Made by a program: the position numbers and the translations under genes. Shown here one piece after another: positions 11,961 to 23,382 of a DNA stretch of 64,000 bases. The notes under the pieces were generated by a model. It was not told where the DNA came from. It saw only the letters and a program-made list of their open reading frames with translations, and did not search any database. This stretch comes from Pocillopora damicornis (lineage: Eukaryota), in the NCBI RefSeq assembly GCF_003704095.1, contig NW_020845812.1, positions 434,001-498,000 of the forward strand. The letters are read 5' to 3'. The stretch's first letter is position 1, and the number at the start of each line of letters is the position of its first letter.

Positions 11961-12800
11961 CCTCTTTCCTTCATGATCTAAGTATAGAAAGACATTTGTT
12001 AGCTTTAATTAGCTTATTTCTTACATTTGCAGTAAATCTGCAATCTTCCTGGAAAGTAACACCAAGAATGGAGAGTGCACTGGTTTGCAAAATACCTGAC
12101 ATATTATTAGATATGAATATTATAAGAACCTTATTGGTTTGAATATTCTCATGAACTCTGGGTATTTTTACGATTAAATTGTAAATGTTAAATGTTAAGT
12201 CAAATGCACTGAGTGTGGTGAGCAGAACTGATGTTTGGGTAACTTTGAAGACTTACACCCCAATCTGTAGATGGTGCAAGATATATCAATGAGAGGATGA
12301 AAGACATAGATATACAAACAAATCTTTCTTGCTCACAAAAACGGCATTGAAGTGAATCAAGAAAATTATTTTATAATTAACAGATTAAATGTTTTTAAAG
12401 GAAACAGGCTTCAATTGTCATTAACCCTAGAGTCTCCAACCCTCAGTTTTTTGGAGGGTGTGGGGGCAACTGCACACAGGATAGCTGAACACTGCATCAA
12501 AGTGTCTAAAGGTGTTTGATGAAGATGTTATGATTATATATCCATGGTCATTAGGGTGACAAGTTTTAATCAATGAAGTGTCCTTGTAATACAAGAGGAA
12601 TTTGTACTATGACACGGCTGACAGCAACTGTTTCATGTTTAACTAATCCGCTTAGGAGACACTAAAGGGCTTAATGTATTATTTTCTGTTTTTCTGATTA
12701 CTAGGTTTTCTTGACGAAGATCTATTGCCATTAATTTTGAGTGGTTTACAGAATTTATATCGTAAAGCTTACCACTATTTTGCTCTTTCAGGATGTATGA

Positions 12801-13002
12801 TTAACTGTTTGATCCCTAGGAGTGACTAGACATTAATTTCCTACATTAAATTTCCTACAATGTAATGTCACCCCCGAGAAAAAAAGAAATGATAGAAATA
12901 AGCTCATGATTGGTAAACAAACTCTCATGGTCAGCACCTTAATGTATGGTAGGAGAACGGTATGGAGAATCTGTTTGCTGATGTTCAGTTTTAAAGGGTT
13001 AA
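12801..13002. mobile_element. TTAA-flanked piggyBac-like MITE, opposite orientation to the 61.9 kb copy
   Basis: TTAAC..GATCCCTAGGAGTGACTAG at the left end, GCTGATGTTCAGTTTTAAAGGGTTAA at the right end; reverse-complement similarity to 61899-62098. Confidence 0.65.
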
Positions 13003-13697
13003 GCGGAGCGTTTAATTACTTCTAAAACTCATTTCACGGCTGATTGAGCATAATAAGATTCCTAGTTAAAAGGTCGTATTGGCTAGGTAACAAATCATTT
13101 AGTGAAATACCCGTCTTACTGGAGCCACATTTTCATAAGGAAAAAGTTCTCGTGGATTTCTCATGGATATTTTAGATAAACTATCATTTTGATTTGTTGT
13201 TTACTTCGACTAGCACCGGTCCATTGTAAAGTTTGTTTGTTATTTTTAGCTTCGAAGGTTGATTGCTTGATCTAATTGATAACGTTGACCAGAAACTCAT
13301 TAGCTCGCAATAAACCACTCTTGTCATACAAACTTGTCTTACAAATCTCCTACCGTTGTTTTTTCCAGTCTAGAAACCTGTCAAATTTCTTGTCAAGGTA
13401 CTTTTCGCGGTCCAAGAATTCTCTTAGAGCCGTAATTAGCGTTCGATGGGTTCAGAGCATTTTAATAATGACATTCTCTTGGGATGCATTCTCGACACCC
13501 CTTAAACAATACTACTGCTGGTCTGAAATTATTTTATCACATGTTCACCACTTGTCTTAATGTCGGGCCAATTGTCGTGGTTCTTTTTTGTTCTGGAAAA
13601 TACCGTTAATTGTTAGTCAAAACCAGTCTGTGTTTATAGAGTTACAGACATTTTCGCAATCGCTTGGAAGGGGTTGTGTAGGATTTTTTTTGTTGCA

Positions 13698-15146
13698 ATG
13701 ATTGGCAAATTTATGACGGAAAGAAAAGAGATTTCGAAGAGGAAGGTGTTCGTGGCTTCAAGTAGTGCCTATGACATGGAAGATGATCTACAGAGGTGCT
13801 TGATGTCACGGAATATTGACTCAAAGAGAGAAAAACACAAGAGAACAGGCCAAGAAATGTCAGAAAGAAGAATATCTGACGGATATTTTATAACGAAGGA
13901 TCCTCAAGTAGCGACATCCAAGGAATTAATAAGGAACTATCCAAGAGGGCCGAGCAACAATAAATCTGAAATCCTTGTAGAGGGAACTGCGCTCAGCTAT
14001 AACAATTTTGTTCAGGATTCAGATGTCGCTGAAATAAATGTTAGCATGAAGTCCGGTCCACAAGGACAGAACGTTTGTACTAGCAAAGACGGTGGTAAAA
14101 CCGACGCACGCACCGCTCAGGGCGAGAGTAGTTTATGTGAGCTTCGCGTATGTGTGTCATCCGACCGCCGCGATCAAGAGAATACAAGTGAAATGAATTT
14201 ATCGGGATCAGCTAAAGAAGCACCAAGGAGTCTCAACCCGAGCCCTTGGAAAGAAATCTGGTCGGTCTTACAGGACAGGAGTTTGACAAGTTGCCTCTCG
14301 ACCAGGAACATGGAATTTGGGCGAGACGTGATCGAAACACCATTTTCGACAAGGACTAACCCGTACAGCGGGCCGAGGAAGAACAAACCTCAAAGAATAC
14401 CGCCGCTGTATAACACAAGAAAACCATTTCCGACGAGCCAAGGAAACAAAGAAAAAATGCCTTCTTTTGATGATGCTGTTGTATTTCATACCGTGTTAAA
14501 AGACGCGAGACGCGACCAAGGTATCGGGAGTCCCAAAGACATGAATTGCGAACAACGCTTGGAATTAAAAAAGGCAAAAGAGGTCAACTTAAAGAAAGAA
14601 CCTGTTGAAGGTAACACCTCCGGAAGATACGAAAATAAATGTGAGAAAGAGAGGACTGATATTCTTCCAAACATAGCCTACCCAGCAGCGTCAGAACGCT
14701 ATAAGAGCAAGTTTCGGGTGAGGCTACTTCCTCTTGTTGCTAAGAGCGATTCCCTTCCGAATTTGACGTCGTCATCAACTTCGGTGCCTTCGGAGCTCAT
14801 CGTAACTGCACCGATGAACGTTGTTCACCCTGACGAAAGTGTCCTCTTAGGTTGCTTCAAGAATGCAGAGAGAAAGACAAATTTGGTCAGCGAATCAGAA
14901 TTGGTAAAATTCAGGAAGAATCGCTCGATGTCGCTTGATTCAGTTTTCTCCTTGGAATCTTTCGCTGCTTACCAGGCAAATAAAAGTTTTAGTAAAGAAA
15001 TAAATGTGAAAGGCCTCCAAGTCTTACCAGACATAAAACAGTCTGAGTCAAATGAAAGGAAGCCGACGATGAAAAAACCCAGAGAGGAAGGTCTGAATGT
15101 TACTCAAATGCTAAATGTCATCTCACTTCCTTGGAAGTGCACATGA
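13698..15146 (+). CDS. Uncharacterized, probably disordered S/K/E/R-rich protein (orphan ORF1, ~480 aa)
   Basis: 1.45-kb uninterrupted ORF in AT-rich DNA; first ATG at 13698; no recognisable domain. Confidence 0.7.
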   Translation: MIGKFMTERKEISKRKVFVASSSAYDMEDDLQRCLMSRNIDSKREKHKRTGQEMSERRISDGYFITKDPQVATSKELIRNYPRGPSNNKSEILVEGTALSYNNFVQDSDVAEINVSMKSGPQGQNVCTSKDGGKTDARTAQGESSLCELRVCVSSDRRDQENTSEMNLSGSAKEAPRSLNPSPWKEIWSVLQDRSLTSCLSTRNMEFGRDVIETPFSTRTNPYSGPRKNKPQRIPPLYNTRKPFPTSQGNKEKMPSFDDAVVFHTVLKDARRDQGIGSPKDMNCEQRLELKKAKEVNLKKEPVEGNTSGRYENKCEKERTDILPNIAYPAASERYKSKFRVRLLPLVAKSDSLPNLTSSSTSVPSELIVTAPMNVVHPDESVLLGCFKNAERKTNLVSESELVKFRKNRSMSLDSVFSLESFAAYQANKSFSKEINVKGLQVLPDIKQSESNERKPTMKKPREEGLNVTQMLNVISLPWKCT

Positions 15147-15304
15147 TCAGTGCAGACCCTACGGAACTGAGAAAAAGGATTCTTATCTTAATTCTGTGAA
15201 TGTTAACGTGTATGGGAGCCAAAACGAATGTTTCAAAGTAGCCTAAGAATAAGCTAGTCCTTCGGGCCGGCTTTCGGCCATTACATGGTTGGGGTGGCAG
15301 GGGA

Positions 15305-15358
15305 TCCTCAACTACATGAAGGAGCCAATTTTCCTCAACTACATGAAGGAGCCAATTT
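15305..15358. repeat. 27-bp perfect tandem duplication
   Basis: TCCTCAACTACATGAAGGAGCCAATTT twice. Confidence 0.9.
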
Positions 15359-15556
15359 TTTCATATTTATGTTAAAACAGAAGGACAAATTTTGAGAGCA
15401 GGTGTTTGCAAATTTGACTGAAAAATGAATAAATTATCAAACTTCAACCACCACCGACGGCTGAAGATGTCTATCGTGAGAAACTTCGATCCCAATCATT
15501 TTAAGCCTTAAGCATTTTTCTATTTTTCTCGTGAACTTTCGGGAAATACAGCAAAG

Positions 15557-16333
15557 ATGGATTCAAAGCACGCTAAAATACAAACAGGGAGTAATCAGAT
15601 CTCGGCCAAGATTCAAAGTAAACAAATCCAAGATAGAACACAATTTTCCGGCTATGATGAAGACGTTAAAAGTGTCAGAGACTTGTTCATCTTCGGTGAA
15701 AAACATTGCGAACCGAAATCATTCAGCAGAATGGAAGCTTGGATCAACGAAGAATACAGAAAAGTAAAGAGGGTTAAAACTGGGCGCTTTCAACAAACTG
15801 GTAACTTTCTGAGAGATCTAAAAACCGAAGCGTCCAATAAGACAAGTTATAAGTTTTTCCCTTCTCCCGAATTCAAGCCGGGAAATTATTTTCTACTGCC
15901 AGAAAACTCCGATGAAATGGAGTACGACGCCTTGCGATTTGACCGATGCGTTCCCTCATACACTTATGTCAAGCCCTCAAATCAGTTGTGTAGGAATAAT
16001 ATTATGAGAAAGGCATTTTGCGAGGTTGTTGGGAAAGACCTGTGTATTGACTGCAATGGTGGTAAATTGAGGCAAAGATTCAATCACAAAATGGATTCCT
16101 TGTACCCTTGTCTTCAATATGATAAGGATAAAAGACCTTACGGGTACTGTCCAAGGGCGATTCGTCTTACAGAGCCTTTGCCGTCAAGAGTTGAACGACG
16201 ACCAAAAAGCTTAAATTTATATGGAAGATACCGTAATGCAACAAGCGGGAATGTTCTTGGTTTTGATCCAAATGATTGTGATAACGATGCACCGATGAAA
16301 ATTTGTATTAACGCTAGACCGTACACGAGATGA
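15557..16333 (+). CDS. Uncharacterized basic protein (orphan ORF2, 258 aa)
   Basis: ATG in good context (AAGATGG); 777-nt ORF; AATAAA ~60 nt after the stop; no recognised domain. Confidence 0.65.
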   Translation: MDSKHAKIQTGSNQISAKIQSKQIQDRTQFSGYDEDVKSVRDLFIFGEKHCEPKSFSRMEAWINEEYRKVKRVKTGRFQQTGNFLRDLKTEASNKTSYKFFPSPEFKPGNYFLLPENSDEMEYDALRFDRCVPSYTYVKPSNQLCRNNIMRKAFCEVVGKDLCIDCNGGKLRQRFNHKMDSLYPCLQYDKDKRPYGYCPRAIRLTEPLPSRVERRPKSLNLYGRYRNATSGNVLGFDPNDCDNDAPMKICINARPYTR

Positions 16334-17896
16334 ATTTACACAATTCCTGGAGAACGGAAAATCTTCAGGCTCGAAAAGCGAAAACGACAATAGAATAAAT
16401 ATTTATTGTGAAATTGCTTCGTTTCTAGGATCGAAGAATCATTTCTTTCCTAGTTAATATATAATTATAGATAAAATGTGTCTCTTTTTATCCGTATACG
16501 TATTAGTTTTTATAGGTACTAAGTTTTAAGAGAAAGAGACAACTTTATGGTGTTGTCATGGTTTCATTGTATATGTCCTGAACTGTGAAGAATGAGAAAC
16601 CAGAGCCCGCGGTTGTGACGAGCGGATCAGTAATTAACTTTTTAAACAAATTTGGTGTCTTCAGAAAATTTATTGAACTTGCTCAAGATTTATATGACTT
16701 ATATGTGCCGATCATTATGAGCCGGGCTAAACGTAAGAATTACCGCAGGGTGACACTAATTTACTGCTGCGGATACTATTTTACAAAGAAATATGTTATT
16801 CATTCTATTGAAAAGAAATACGTTATTCATTCCATTGTTCATTCTAAATATATTATTCTATTCTGAAATCTAGGTTGTCCATAGGATTTTCAATTCCATA
16901 CTTCAAATTTCGCAGTGTGATGTTTTACCAACTAAAGCTATAAAAAATGTTCACATTCCTCATGAGTCTTACGTATTACCTGGATCAACCATGTGATTTT
17001 TTTTATTTGAAGATGAGACTCGACATTTATCATCTCCTCAATTAACTTTTCTTGTATAATTTTGTACATATTGAACAAAGAATACCCTGAGAATATCAAG
17101 CAAACAGCTTCACATCACCTAACTTTGTGTTAAATTTGGAATACGAATCGTCCGACGAAAATTTTAGTCCTTTCGTATGTCTTCTAAGTGGTATATAAGG
17201 TTTGAATTTTGGATTTTTATTAAACGTCGTGCTTCTTAATCCTTTTTGTCATTCCCAATAATTAGTGAGCGTGTCAAATACTGGATACGTACAATTTTGA
17301 CAGTCGCGCAGATCAGGGAACAACCGTATAATATGTGAAATAGTCAGGTATTCAAAGCAAGAAAAAAGTGTTTGTTTATTATTTGCAGGATTTTAGTTTT
17401 CAACAAACTAAGGGACCGGCCGAAGTTAAATGGCTGTACTGACAAGGTTAACGAAGGCATCAAATATTCCTTGCAAATTATGTACTGGCGTGACCTCTCT
17501 TTTATTGGACAGCCCTGTAATTTCATATTTCGTTTAATCCTTGAAGTGTCGTATAATCAGTCAATTTTACCTGGTAGGAATAATAGATTGATTCACTTGG
17601 CATGAACTTCGAATACACTTAACTATATCACCTCTTTAGTTATTTTTAAAAGTTCTTGTATATGAGGCGGTTAGTAGGTTGAAACTATGCTACTGAAGAT
17701 GCAAAGGAAAGGGCATGTCTTTACTGCGACTCTTTTTGATGGTGGGACCATTCTCTCGATGTGTTATTAAATGTCCATTAAGCTAACGTCAAGCCGAGTA
17801 ATATATATGCAAATAATTCAAAGAATCAAAGTCAATTGTTCTTCAGCCACAACCGACTGGTCATTTGTTTTCCATAATCAAAGCATGACTCGTATT

Positions 17897-17909
17897 GTTA
17901 CCCGGCAAC
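17897..17909. promoter_or_regulatory. RFX X-box-like motif upstream of orphan ORF3
   Basis: GTTACCCGGCAAC fits GTNRCC-N(0-3)-RGYAAC. It lies upstream of a candidate first exon ending at CAA|GTAAGT (~18076); an acceptor lies at 18972. Confidence 0.4.
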
Positions 17910-19024
17910 ACTTCAGTGCAGTTAGAAGTCGCACATCGACAGCCGTGAAAGTGAAGTATTTTATTCGCATATCTATTCCTCCCCGTCATGGCCTTCAAAG
18001 GTAGCCATTTACGTACACTACAAGATGCACAAGGCATATGGAGGCCCGGTACCTCTCAAGTGGATTGTCAACACAAGTAAGTGGCAATCCATCGAGTTAA
18101 GTTTAGTGTTGACTAAAATCCTTCATCGGATAACAACGAAACGCCGATGAAAATGTTCACTGTCAATCCTTCAAACCGAGATAAAGCTTGGTCCTTTTGC
18201 GAGTATTTGCAGTCACTAGAAAGCACGGTCCCAGGAAATGAGATCACTAGTTATTAGGTAGTTCGAAGTCAGTTGGTTGGAAATTCGAGTGAAATTTGCG
18301 GTCGAGATGTTTAACTGATAGGAATTGAAGTATGGCTGTACTGATTGCAACTGATTTCAAACACAGAAAAGGTCAGCCAACGAAAAATGTTAAACGATTC
18401 ACTTTATGTGGTCTCGCGTTTGTTCCACAGTGTTTCTCCCACTTTCAGAGTTGAACGAAGGAATTGAGGACCCATGATGCGTTTATATAAGGGTGAATTT
18501 GATAAAAACGGTATTTAAGTAAAGTCAGAGACTAACGACATGGAACAGATACGCAGAATTTGTTACTGTGGGGCATGATTAATGGTTCTTGAACAGAGTA
18601 CTTAAATGACCAATTTAGTAATCATTTGGCTCGAAGGTGAAACTATATTTATCAACTCATAAAGTTAAGTCTGAAAGTCGAATACACATCTTGTGCGACT
18701 TGTGGCCTTCTAAAATGGCTGTCGCAAAATATTTCAGAATTTACAGAAACGTGTAATGTAAGCACCTAGAGGGCAGATGTAGATATTGTTTCAGAAAGAA
18801 ATATTTTGCTCCGTGGTTTGGATCAAATTTTAAACTTGTGAAGAAAGGCATACCTTTATGCTAACGCACTTAATCAAGACCTCCTCTACATGTCCGGTTT
18901 TATATGTGGCGCTTTAAACAAATTCACAACTCTTGTCTCAATTTTTTAATAATTTAACCTTAAATTCTTCAGGGTAAACCTCAAAACTGTCACTGTAGCC
19001 TTTGACAGGAACAAAATCTTTGAA

Positions 19025-19861
19025 GTGCCACACAGTCCTACCAAGAATAGGCCCATCGAGCAATCTTTGACAAAAGAAACAGAAGCACCAAAGACGGATT
19101 ATTATGCTTCAATGACAGCACCAAGTGACTCTCGCCAAAACGTAAACAACTATCACGATTATGTCACTCCAACCAGCACATGCGCTCTGGATGACACTCG
19201 GTCTGTCCATTCCATTTCAGAGGCTTCTCCGGATAGAGTTTCCAGAACAAATATTTTATCACGCATGGCAAAAACAAAAGCGTCCTGGGTAGAAAATCAG
19301 AAGATTCATGAATCTCTTCCGCATAGGAAGAGTCCAATACTCTGCAAAGGTAGTCCGGTTGGAGGTCTTCCATTAACACCGTTCATGGAGAAAACGTTGT
19401 CAACGGATAGGGCGACAAAGGGAGTTCGAGACGGAAAAAAGTTTGATCTACTACCAATATCAAAATATTTGGCCCACTATCGAGACCAGAGGAAGTTCAG
19501 AAAGGAAAAAAAGCTACCCTTGGTTCGCATCAGTTCCTACCACACTCTATGTGGTTGCCTGGACGGCTTAGGATCATGGGATTGTCCACAGCAAGAATAT
19601 CAAGAAGAAAAACGACAAACTGCGACATTCTTTACGACAAAGGACGTATTTAAACCTTTCCATTCAAGATTGTTACCCACTAGGGGCGAGGTTTTATATG
19701 TGGAGCCTGCGCAGACGAAGTTAAATTCTTATCTTACAGATCACGTCAGGTTACCAAGTCTCCAAGGAAACAGCAGGAACGACACTTTTGTCACTGAATT
19801 TACCGAGAGGTCCAGATTCAAAGCAAAAAGAAATACTACATTTCCCGTCATTGTGCACTGA
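19025..19861 (+). CDS. Uncharacterized protein (orphan ORF3); start uncertain
   Basis: Frame is open from the splice acceptor TTCTTCAG (18972) to the stop at 19861; first in-frame ATG at 19112; no recognised domain. Confidence 0.65.
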   Translation: MPHSPTKNRPIEQSLTKETEAPKTDYYASMTAPSDSRQNVNNYHDYVTPTSTCALDDTRSVHSISEASPDRVSRTNILSRMAKTKASWVENQKIHESLPHRKSPILCKGSPVGGLPLTPFMEKTLSTDRATKGVRDGKKFDLLPISKYLAHYRDQRKFRKEKKLPLVRISSYHTLCGCLDGLGSWDCPQQEYQEEKRQTATFFTTKDVFKPFHSRLLPTRGEVLYVEPAQTKLNSYLTDHVRLPSLQGNSRNDTFVTEFTERSRFKAKRNTTFPVIVH

Positions 19862-21558
19862 CAGGAGTTTCGGTTTGTGAGCAAAAACGTTCAAGTCATT
19901 CATTTCTGTCTGGTTCCTTTAATTTAAAAAGTAAATTTGGAGTATATGATACTGAAAATCTAAAGGGTTGTAAATCTATCTGGTTGTGGAGTTATTCAAA
20001 AAAAGGAACTGAATAGGACTTGCAGAGAGTGATACTCCATTTAAAGCTTTCAGACACTGAATATCGACAACTGCCTCATTTAATATAGGGAAAGGCAATC
20101 TCTGGAAATAAATTGTTGAGTATTTTATGGATTCTTTTGTTTCTCAGAGCGGTGACCTAATCGTACTTTCACCTTATCCTTCCCAAACTGTGATTTTACA
20201 ATGTCCCTTTTCACTTTTCTTTACCTTTCGCATACTTCAAGTAGTATTCTTTATATGACTTGAATGTGAAGAGCGTGTAGTGTCTTATCAGAGTTGATTA
20301 GAGGTCTCGTAATAGAGACGTATTAGGGGGGTTGTTACGAGACGAGTAAAGGGAGCGAGTCTGTAATAAAGAGTACAAAGAACGTTACCGAGCCCTAATG
20401 TATTGAATCAATTATCAATAGCTATAAAACAACTTCCAGTCGACTAAATCGCAAAAACAAAAAAAAACCAAAAAAAGAAATAACTCAGAAAAACCTGCCA
20501 ATAGATGATAGATGTTGCTTCTTAACTAATATTTATTGACTTATATTCGAAACATTTGTATCTTATAAATGTTTCTTTACCTTTAAAAATATTTTTTTCT
20601 GTTTTATAATTCCGACCTCTTTGATTTATGATATGAATAATTTTTATCTTTAACGCTCCCGTGTTTACGAGACCACCGAGATATTGATTTTACCTCATAT
20701 CTGATTTTTTTTAATGGTGAGACGGATCAGCTTTGTTATCAAAAAATTCAAATCATGTAAGATATTGAAGGGAACGTACTTCTAATCCCGAGCTGAGAAA
20801 TTCATTCCCACATGCTTTTCAGTTAAGGTTTTATTCGGTAGTTCAAGAAGTTTTTCCTTCAGACAAAGTTTGAATATTTCCTCGACCACTTTTGTGTTGT
20901 CTTCAGTCCTGGTATACTCTTGGACCGGTTAGTCGCATTGTAGAACCACAATGTTACGAGTCCGATTTTTTGTGTTTCTTGTGAGATTTTTACAGAAGTT
21001 AACTTATCATATGGTAAGGTCTTTTGTAAATTGTTATCACATTAAAAGCCTCCAGTTTTTATAGGTAAAATAAACATCCTTTCAGGAGAAGCCGCTTTGT
21101 TGCTGCGACACGTAGGATGCACTCTTTCTTTGTTTGGGTAATCTCGCTTTTTTCATTCGTTAAACCGTTCTTTTCATTATCAAAATAGGCCCGTTAGTCA
21201 TTTGAATTTTTAATAACTCAAATCTCCTTCAATTTGAATACCTTGTCGGCAAAATTAATTATTTGTAACTTTGTAAATCGGTGTCAGCTATCTTGTCTCC
21301 TGTCCTTGTTTACCCTTTGGCGTCATGAAATGGGAAACTATCTCTTTGGTGAAATCAGGTTATTGACTTGTACAAGACTAGTTAACATTCTCGACTATGC
21401 AGCTTACTATTAGACGAGTAATATTTGAAAACCTAAATTCAGACACGTTGTTTAATAATAATCACACTTTTACACTTTCGAGAAAAGTTACCCGCTGAAT
21501 GGAATCTATGGATTATATTTGGGGGGCAAATGAGGTAAACTAGCTTTTGCGGTAAATA

Positions 21559-22404
21559 ATGCGCAGAAGCAAATCAAGTAGTGTCAGAAAGAAAACACTG
21601 GAAGGTTATTCAAGCTACTTTAGGGATGGTTATCGAGCTAGATCTTCATTAAACATATCTAACACCTTAAATTGTAGTAGTGACGATACAAAACAGAAAG
21701 GAGGCGATGAAGTTCGGAACTCAAGAGAGAAGGACTCCGTAAAAGATAACCAAAGTAAAAATCCGGCTGAACTGCCTTTCGAAACGATTGCATTTTCATC
21801 GCTTCTAAACACCAATGAATTAGTCTTTTGTGAAGGCTGCAACCATCTGCGCAGCGTCAGCGAAGATGACGTCTCAAAGTTTTTTGGTTTAGGAGAAGCA
21901 GATTACGATTATCAGGTTTACTCCTCGAGGGATATGGAAACGGCTTTACCAAGATATAAGAAAGGAACACATTCCTACCGCTCCAACAGGGAAGGCTTTA
22001 AGACTTTGGAAAAACCAAAACCCAGAACTACTTTAAACGATAAGGTGATAATTCAACATTCAAAGGACATAGCGAGCAAAGTAAACAATGATAATGCAAA
22101 GGCAGGTGGATCTTTGCCGTTGCTAAAAACATTTGCGCAGGAAAGGGCTGAAAATTTAAATGGAAAGATCGGTACATTCGGAGAAGCTAAACCAGGATCT
22201 AGAGGCAATGATGAGGATATAGGAACTGTCAACGGCAAGAAACTTACAACTTCATTGTCTTCTGAGTTTCACAATTTAAGGCACTTTCTGCCATTACTGA
22301 CGCTGTGCCAATGCCCTGATTATGATTCAGCTATCATAGAAGTCGTTCGGGATTATAACGATCCATGCCGCGGTGTGTCTTCACATATGTTTACGTCTTA
22401 TTAA
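21559..22404 (+). CDS. Uncharacterized protein (orphan ORF4, 281 aa)
   Basis: 846-nt ATG-initiated ORF, S/K/D-rich, with small CxxC and CxC patches. Confidence 0.65.
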   Translation: MRRSKSSSVRKKTLEGYSSYFRDGYRARSSLNISNTLNCSSDDTKQKGGDEVRNSREKDSVKDNQSKNPAELPFETIAFSSLLNTNELVFCEGCNHLRSVSEDDVSKFFGLGEADYDYQVYSSRDMETALPRYKKGTHSYRSNREGFKTLEKPKPRTTLNDKVIIQHSKDIASKVNNDNAKAGGSLPLLKTFAQERAENLNGKIGTFGEAKPGSRGNDEDIGTVNGKKLTTSLSSEFHNLRHFLPLLTLCQCPDYDSAIIEVVRDYNDPCRGVSSHMFTSY

Positions 22405-22480
22405 GATTGAAATTTTTATCTAAGTATACTTCAATGTAGTCTGAAATAATTTGTGTGATTTTAAACTGATTGATCATCCA

Positions 22481-22620
22481 TGCAGGCCCATTGAATGGAG
22501 ACCAATGTGGTCAGAAGTCGTGTAATTTCAGATTTGAACGAGCGTGCAGCTCCATTGAATGAAGACCAATGTGGTCAGAAATCACAGCTGTGTTTTCACA
22601 TTTGAACAAGCAGGCAGCTT
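22481..22620. repeat. ~64-bp tandem repeat, ~2 units
   Basis: CCATTGAATG(G/A)AGACCAATGTGGTCAGAA..TTTCA(G/C)ATTTGAAC(G/A)AGC twice. Confidence 0.8.
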
Positions 22621-23267
22621 CTTTGAGTGGAGTTCTTTTTGGTCTGATATCATAAATATTAATTCAGACCCTAAAAAAAAACAGACTCTTATCTCACCAC
22701 AAAATTTTCGCCACACGTATTTCAGTTGCTTCTTTTTTAAATCCTTCTTGCAATGTCGTATTATAGCCTCCTAAATACGTTCCCTTTGTCAAGATTTTAT
22801 TGATCCAATAGAAATACTAAACATGAAATATTTCGATTTGTAAATAAATTGTGCCGCAGAAATCTAATCGGTTGGTTTCTTTTGTCTTCCGCTCCCACTG
22901 GCTTGGGAAAAGATGTGAATGAAGGCAAAAATTAGTGACTCGTTTATAGATCGCACTCCTGAGAGCCAGTTAAATTGCTAAAAATTCTTTGATTTAAAAT
23001 ACGAATGTAATAATGACAATGAATTACTATGAGAAAATAAAAAATTGCTCGGCTTAAATGGACGGTTGCAATACAATACCTTGATTTCTCTTCTCCCAGC
23101 ATATTTGGAGGGCAGTGTAAACTTCTCACAATCACTCAAGTCTGACAACGTTGGCATTGCACAATCACTTGCACGATAACAAAGAACACCTAACAGTAAA
23201 TGTCCTAATGCTTAGAGAGAATGAAGTTTACTCAGAAAATCAGTGACAGGGTAATGAAATGATAAGT

Positions 23268-23382
23268 CGTGAATGACAGTGATCCTCGCAGTAATGTGCA
23301 TTACTTGAGCAGTAGCGAGGATCACTTTCATTCACGTCTTTATCCGCAGTTCAAATAGATGACTTTCATATATTCTTAGCCA
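23268..23382. mobile_element. Short hairpin-forming insertion with an 11-bp TSD
   Basis: Direct repeat AAATGATAAGT at 23257-23267 and 23383-23393; internal inverted repeat CGTGAATGAcAGTGATCCTCGC / GCGAGGATCACTtTCATTCACG. Confidence 0.65.

Noticed and set aside
11606-11974. 122-aa ORF as a host gene
   Set aside because: Better explained as a LINE ORF2 remnant with an (ATT)n tail.
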